A stretch of 9,015 bases of DNA from Octopus sinensis (lineage: Eukaryota), in NCBI RefSeq assembly GCF_006345805.1, contig NW_021828201.1:1-9015 (forward strand), read 5' to 3'. Of this stretch, positions 7,097 to 9,015 are shown piece by piece. The notes beneath the pieces are model-generated. The model made no database searches, had not been told where the DNA came from, and saw only the letters and a list, made by a program, of their open reading frames with translations. The position numbers and the translations under genes were made by a program. How positions within the stretch are numbered: position 1 is the first letter of the stretch; each line of letters opens with the position of its first letter.

Positions 7097-7433
7097 GTGG
7101 CTGTGTGGTACGAAGCTTGCTTCCCAGCCACATAATTCCGGGTTCAATCCCACTGCATGGCACCTTGGGCAAGTGTCTTCTACTATAGCCTCCGGCCAAC
7201 CAAAGCTTTGTCAGTGGATTTGGCAAACGGAAATTGAAGGAAGCCCGTCGTATATATGTGTGTGTGTGTGTGTGTGTCTTTCTGTAGTGTTTATCTCCAC
7301 CAACTCTGCTTGACAACCGATGTTGGTGTGTTTAGGTCCTTGTTACTTAGCGGTTCGGCAAAAGAAACCGACAGAAGAAGTACCAGGCTTAAAATAAATA
7401 AGTACTAGGGTTGATAAGTTCGGCTAAAACTCT
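7097..7433 (+). mobile_element. tRNA-derived CORE-like SINE with internal (TG)n; resembles octopus OR-type SINEs (from recall, unverified)
   Basis: A-box-like TGGCTGTGTGGT (7098-7109), B-box GGTTCAATCCC (7141-7151), CORE-like caccttgggcaagtgtctt (7161-7179), internal (TG)n about 7258-7277, and 3' part aagtactagggttgat related to the Nin-family aagtaccag...ggggtcgat motif. Confidence 0.85.
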
Positions 7434-7444
7434 TGTGGTAAAGA

Positions 7445-7641
7445 CACGTAATGTTGTGTTTTGGGTGTTGCACTCACGATTGCTACGTCGCAGGTTCGAT
7501 TCTCGGATCGAGAAACGCGTTGTGTCCTTCAGCAAGTCACTTCATTTCACGTTGTTCCTTTTGCATACTCAGCCGAATATTAGTATCAGTGATGCCAAGA
7601 GATTAATTCTGCGATAGAATCCCATTCATGGGTGGGAAACA
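7445..7641 (+). mobile_element. Old, degenerate CORE-like SINE remnant (different subfamily)
   Basis: B-box-like GGTTCGATTCTC (7493-7504) followed by CORE-like tgtgtccttcagcaagtcactt (7521-7542). Boundaries are approximate. Confidence 0.5.
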
Positions 7642-7690
7642 TTCTTCTGCTTTCAGCGTAAATATCTTCAAAGTTCGGATAATCTCGGCC

Positions 7691-7900
7691 TCATGGATAT
7701 GAACTGAAGATAGCAAGATTGACTTCATCATCAATTTCTCCTCTTATGAGAGTCGAATACTGAAGCTGGCGCATTTCTGTGCCATCACCTGGAATCCTGT
7801 TATTCAATTCCTCCTCCTGTTTCCAGTCACTCGTGGATACAGCTCGGGACTCGACACTTGCCTCAGTGCTAGAATTAGAGTAACTTTTTAACCAAGTGTT
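7691..7900 (-). CDS. Candidate terminal exon encoding an acidic, Ser-rich C-terminal tail (69 aa + TGA)
   Basis: Acceptor ctgacttcag|A at 7901/7900. Translation: NTWLKSYSNSSTEASVESRAVSTSDWKQEEELNNRIPGDGTEMRQLQYSTLIRGEIDDEVNLAIFSSYP*. Composition is protein-like and non-repetitive, but no homology is recognised and the in-register antisense frame is also largely open. Confidence 0.4.
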   Translation of the reverse strand, partial: NTWLKSYSNSSTEASVESRAVSTSDWKQEEELNNRIPGDGTEMRQLQYSTLIRGEIDDEVNLAIFSSYP

Positions 7901-8875
7901 CTGAAGTCAGCGCTAAAATATGGGTCTATAAAAATGACCCTCCATTAGTAATTTCTAATCCAAGGGAATTTATTGATGGTTTGAGTAAAGAATGAAAAAG
8001 TCAGTGAATATACAATGTAGAAGATAAATGTTCTGTGAGGAATTTAGAATCAAACATTTCATCATTCTTCATCTTCAAGCGAGGGAATGGATGGTAAAAC
8101 TGAAGTTGGGCTCCGTGTTTGGCTGTGGTGGCCACCGTCAAAATCGTTATGTAGGAAGAACTGTATGGAAAAGAACATCAGGTGAAAGAGAAAATGGTAA
8201 ATATTTTGGGAAGCGAAGTTGATGGATTCATTCCTCATACAGCCATGCAAACAATGAAGGAGTTAAGGTGACAGTTTGAATCTGAAGGAGAGTGGACGGG
8301 AAAAGCAGACCGAAACAGTACATCAAACAGCCACAGATAAAGTATCGTTTCTGATGAGAGATTAATGTGTTGTAAAAGAGAGGGTGTGAACCTATACAAA
8401 AACAATTATTCTGACACGCAAATACACTTATACACATATACTCAGATACTTATGATACTCATATAATTTTTCTTAGTAATACCACAGACAAAGAATCAAG
8501 GTGACAGGTTAAGTTATTAGGTGGAATATATTGAGCGGGAAGATACGAGGGAAGATATATTGAGCGCACGTAGAGTTGCATTTCTGACGATGGGTTAATG
8601 TTTTATTTGGTTAACGGAAAAGTGCGAACATATATGAAGAGACACACTTTTACAGATAAATAATTCCATAGAGGTGTGTGTGTATATACACAGTGACATA
8701 TAAGCACTAATAAATATTTTTGCTTCCGACCATTAATTAATACAATTGAACTTTGCCAATATTCTAAAATGAATTAATATTGAAATAGAAAACTTTACTC
8801 AGCGAGCTTAATTATTAAAAATTTAATTAAGGAGTTTGAATTACGATTGATTGTGGTTGAAGTTGTGTTACCATT

Positions 8876-8971
8876 GTCATGTGACTGACACGTCCTTTTG
8901 GTGATTGGTCCACTTTCGACGTCTTGCAAAAAAATAAAAATTAACCTATTAACCGGTTCACGTGAATCGGT
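8876..8971. promoter_or_regulatory. Promoter-like motif cluster (two bHLH-ZIP E-boxes and a CCAAT box)
   Basis: GTCATGTGAC (8876-8885), ATTGG, i.e. CCAAT on - (8904-8908), GACGTC (8918-8923), and TCACGTGA (8958-8965) inside a 20-bp near-palindrome. Confidence 0.35.
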
Positions 8972-8991
8972 GCAAAACAAAATCCAGCAAC

Positions 8992-9010
8992 TTCTCTCTC
9001 TCTCTCTCCC
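8992..9010. repeat. (CT)n microsatellite
   Basis: ttctctctctctctctctccctccc at the end of the window. Confidence 0.85.
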
Positions 9011-9015
9011 TCCCG

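Noticed and set aside
7098-7155. tRNA gene call for the A/B-box regions (also 6321-6395 and 7493-7504)
   Set aside because: No complete cloverleaf can be built, and each continues into a SINE body, so these are SINE heads.
6828-7617. ORFs 6828-7031, 6967-7188, 7062-7313, 7065-7316 and 7411-7617
   Set aside because: They lie almost entirely within SINE copies or remnants.
8526-8566. 12-bp direct repeat ATATATTGAGCG (8526-8537 and 8555-8566) with an interleaved GGGAAGATA repeat
   Set aside because: It is real but most simply a local slippage duplication, with no element between the copies.

Overview
AT-rich, repeat-dense eukaryotic genomic DNA with no recognisable gene, rRNA, true tRNA or CRISPR array. 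The SINE families and abundant (TA/CA)n and trinucleotide microsatellites look like octopus (cephalopod) intronic or intergenic DNA; this comes from recalling repeat motifs, not from a search. The best-supported content is about 12 copies or fragments of tRNA-derived SINEs from two groups (Nin/Deu-like core and CORE-like), a 398-bp non-autonomous Helitron with intact termini (3103-3500), a SINE dimer flanked by a 126/127-bp direct repeat (2128-2796), a 217-bp tandem duplication of a circularly permuted SINE segment (4604-5037), a decamer minisatellite, and inverted SINE pairs that could form dsRNA. There are a few unverified candidate exons (17-142 +, 5538-5737 +, 7691-7900 -) and a promoter-like E-box/CCAAT cluster (8876-8971). 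Most ORFs in the supplied track are microsatellite or SINE artefacts. I found no convincing new multi-gene system; the most interesting signals concern how the retroelements inserted and duplicated.
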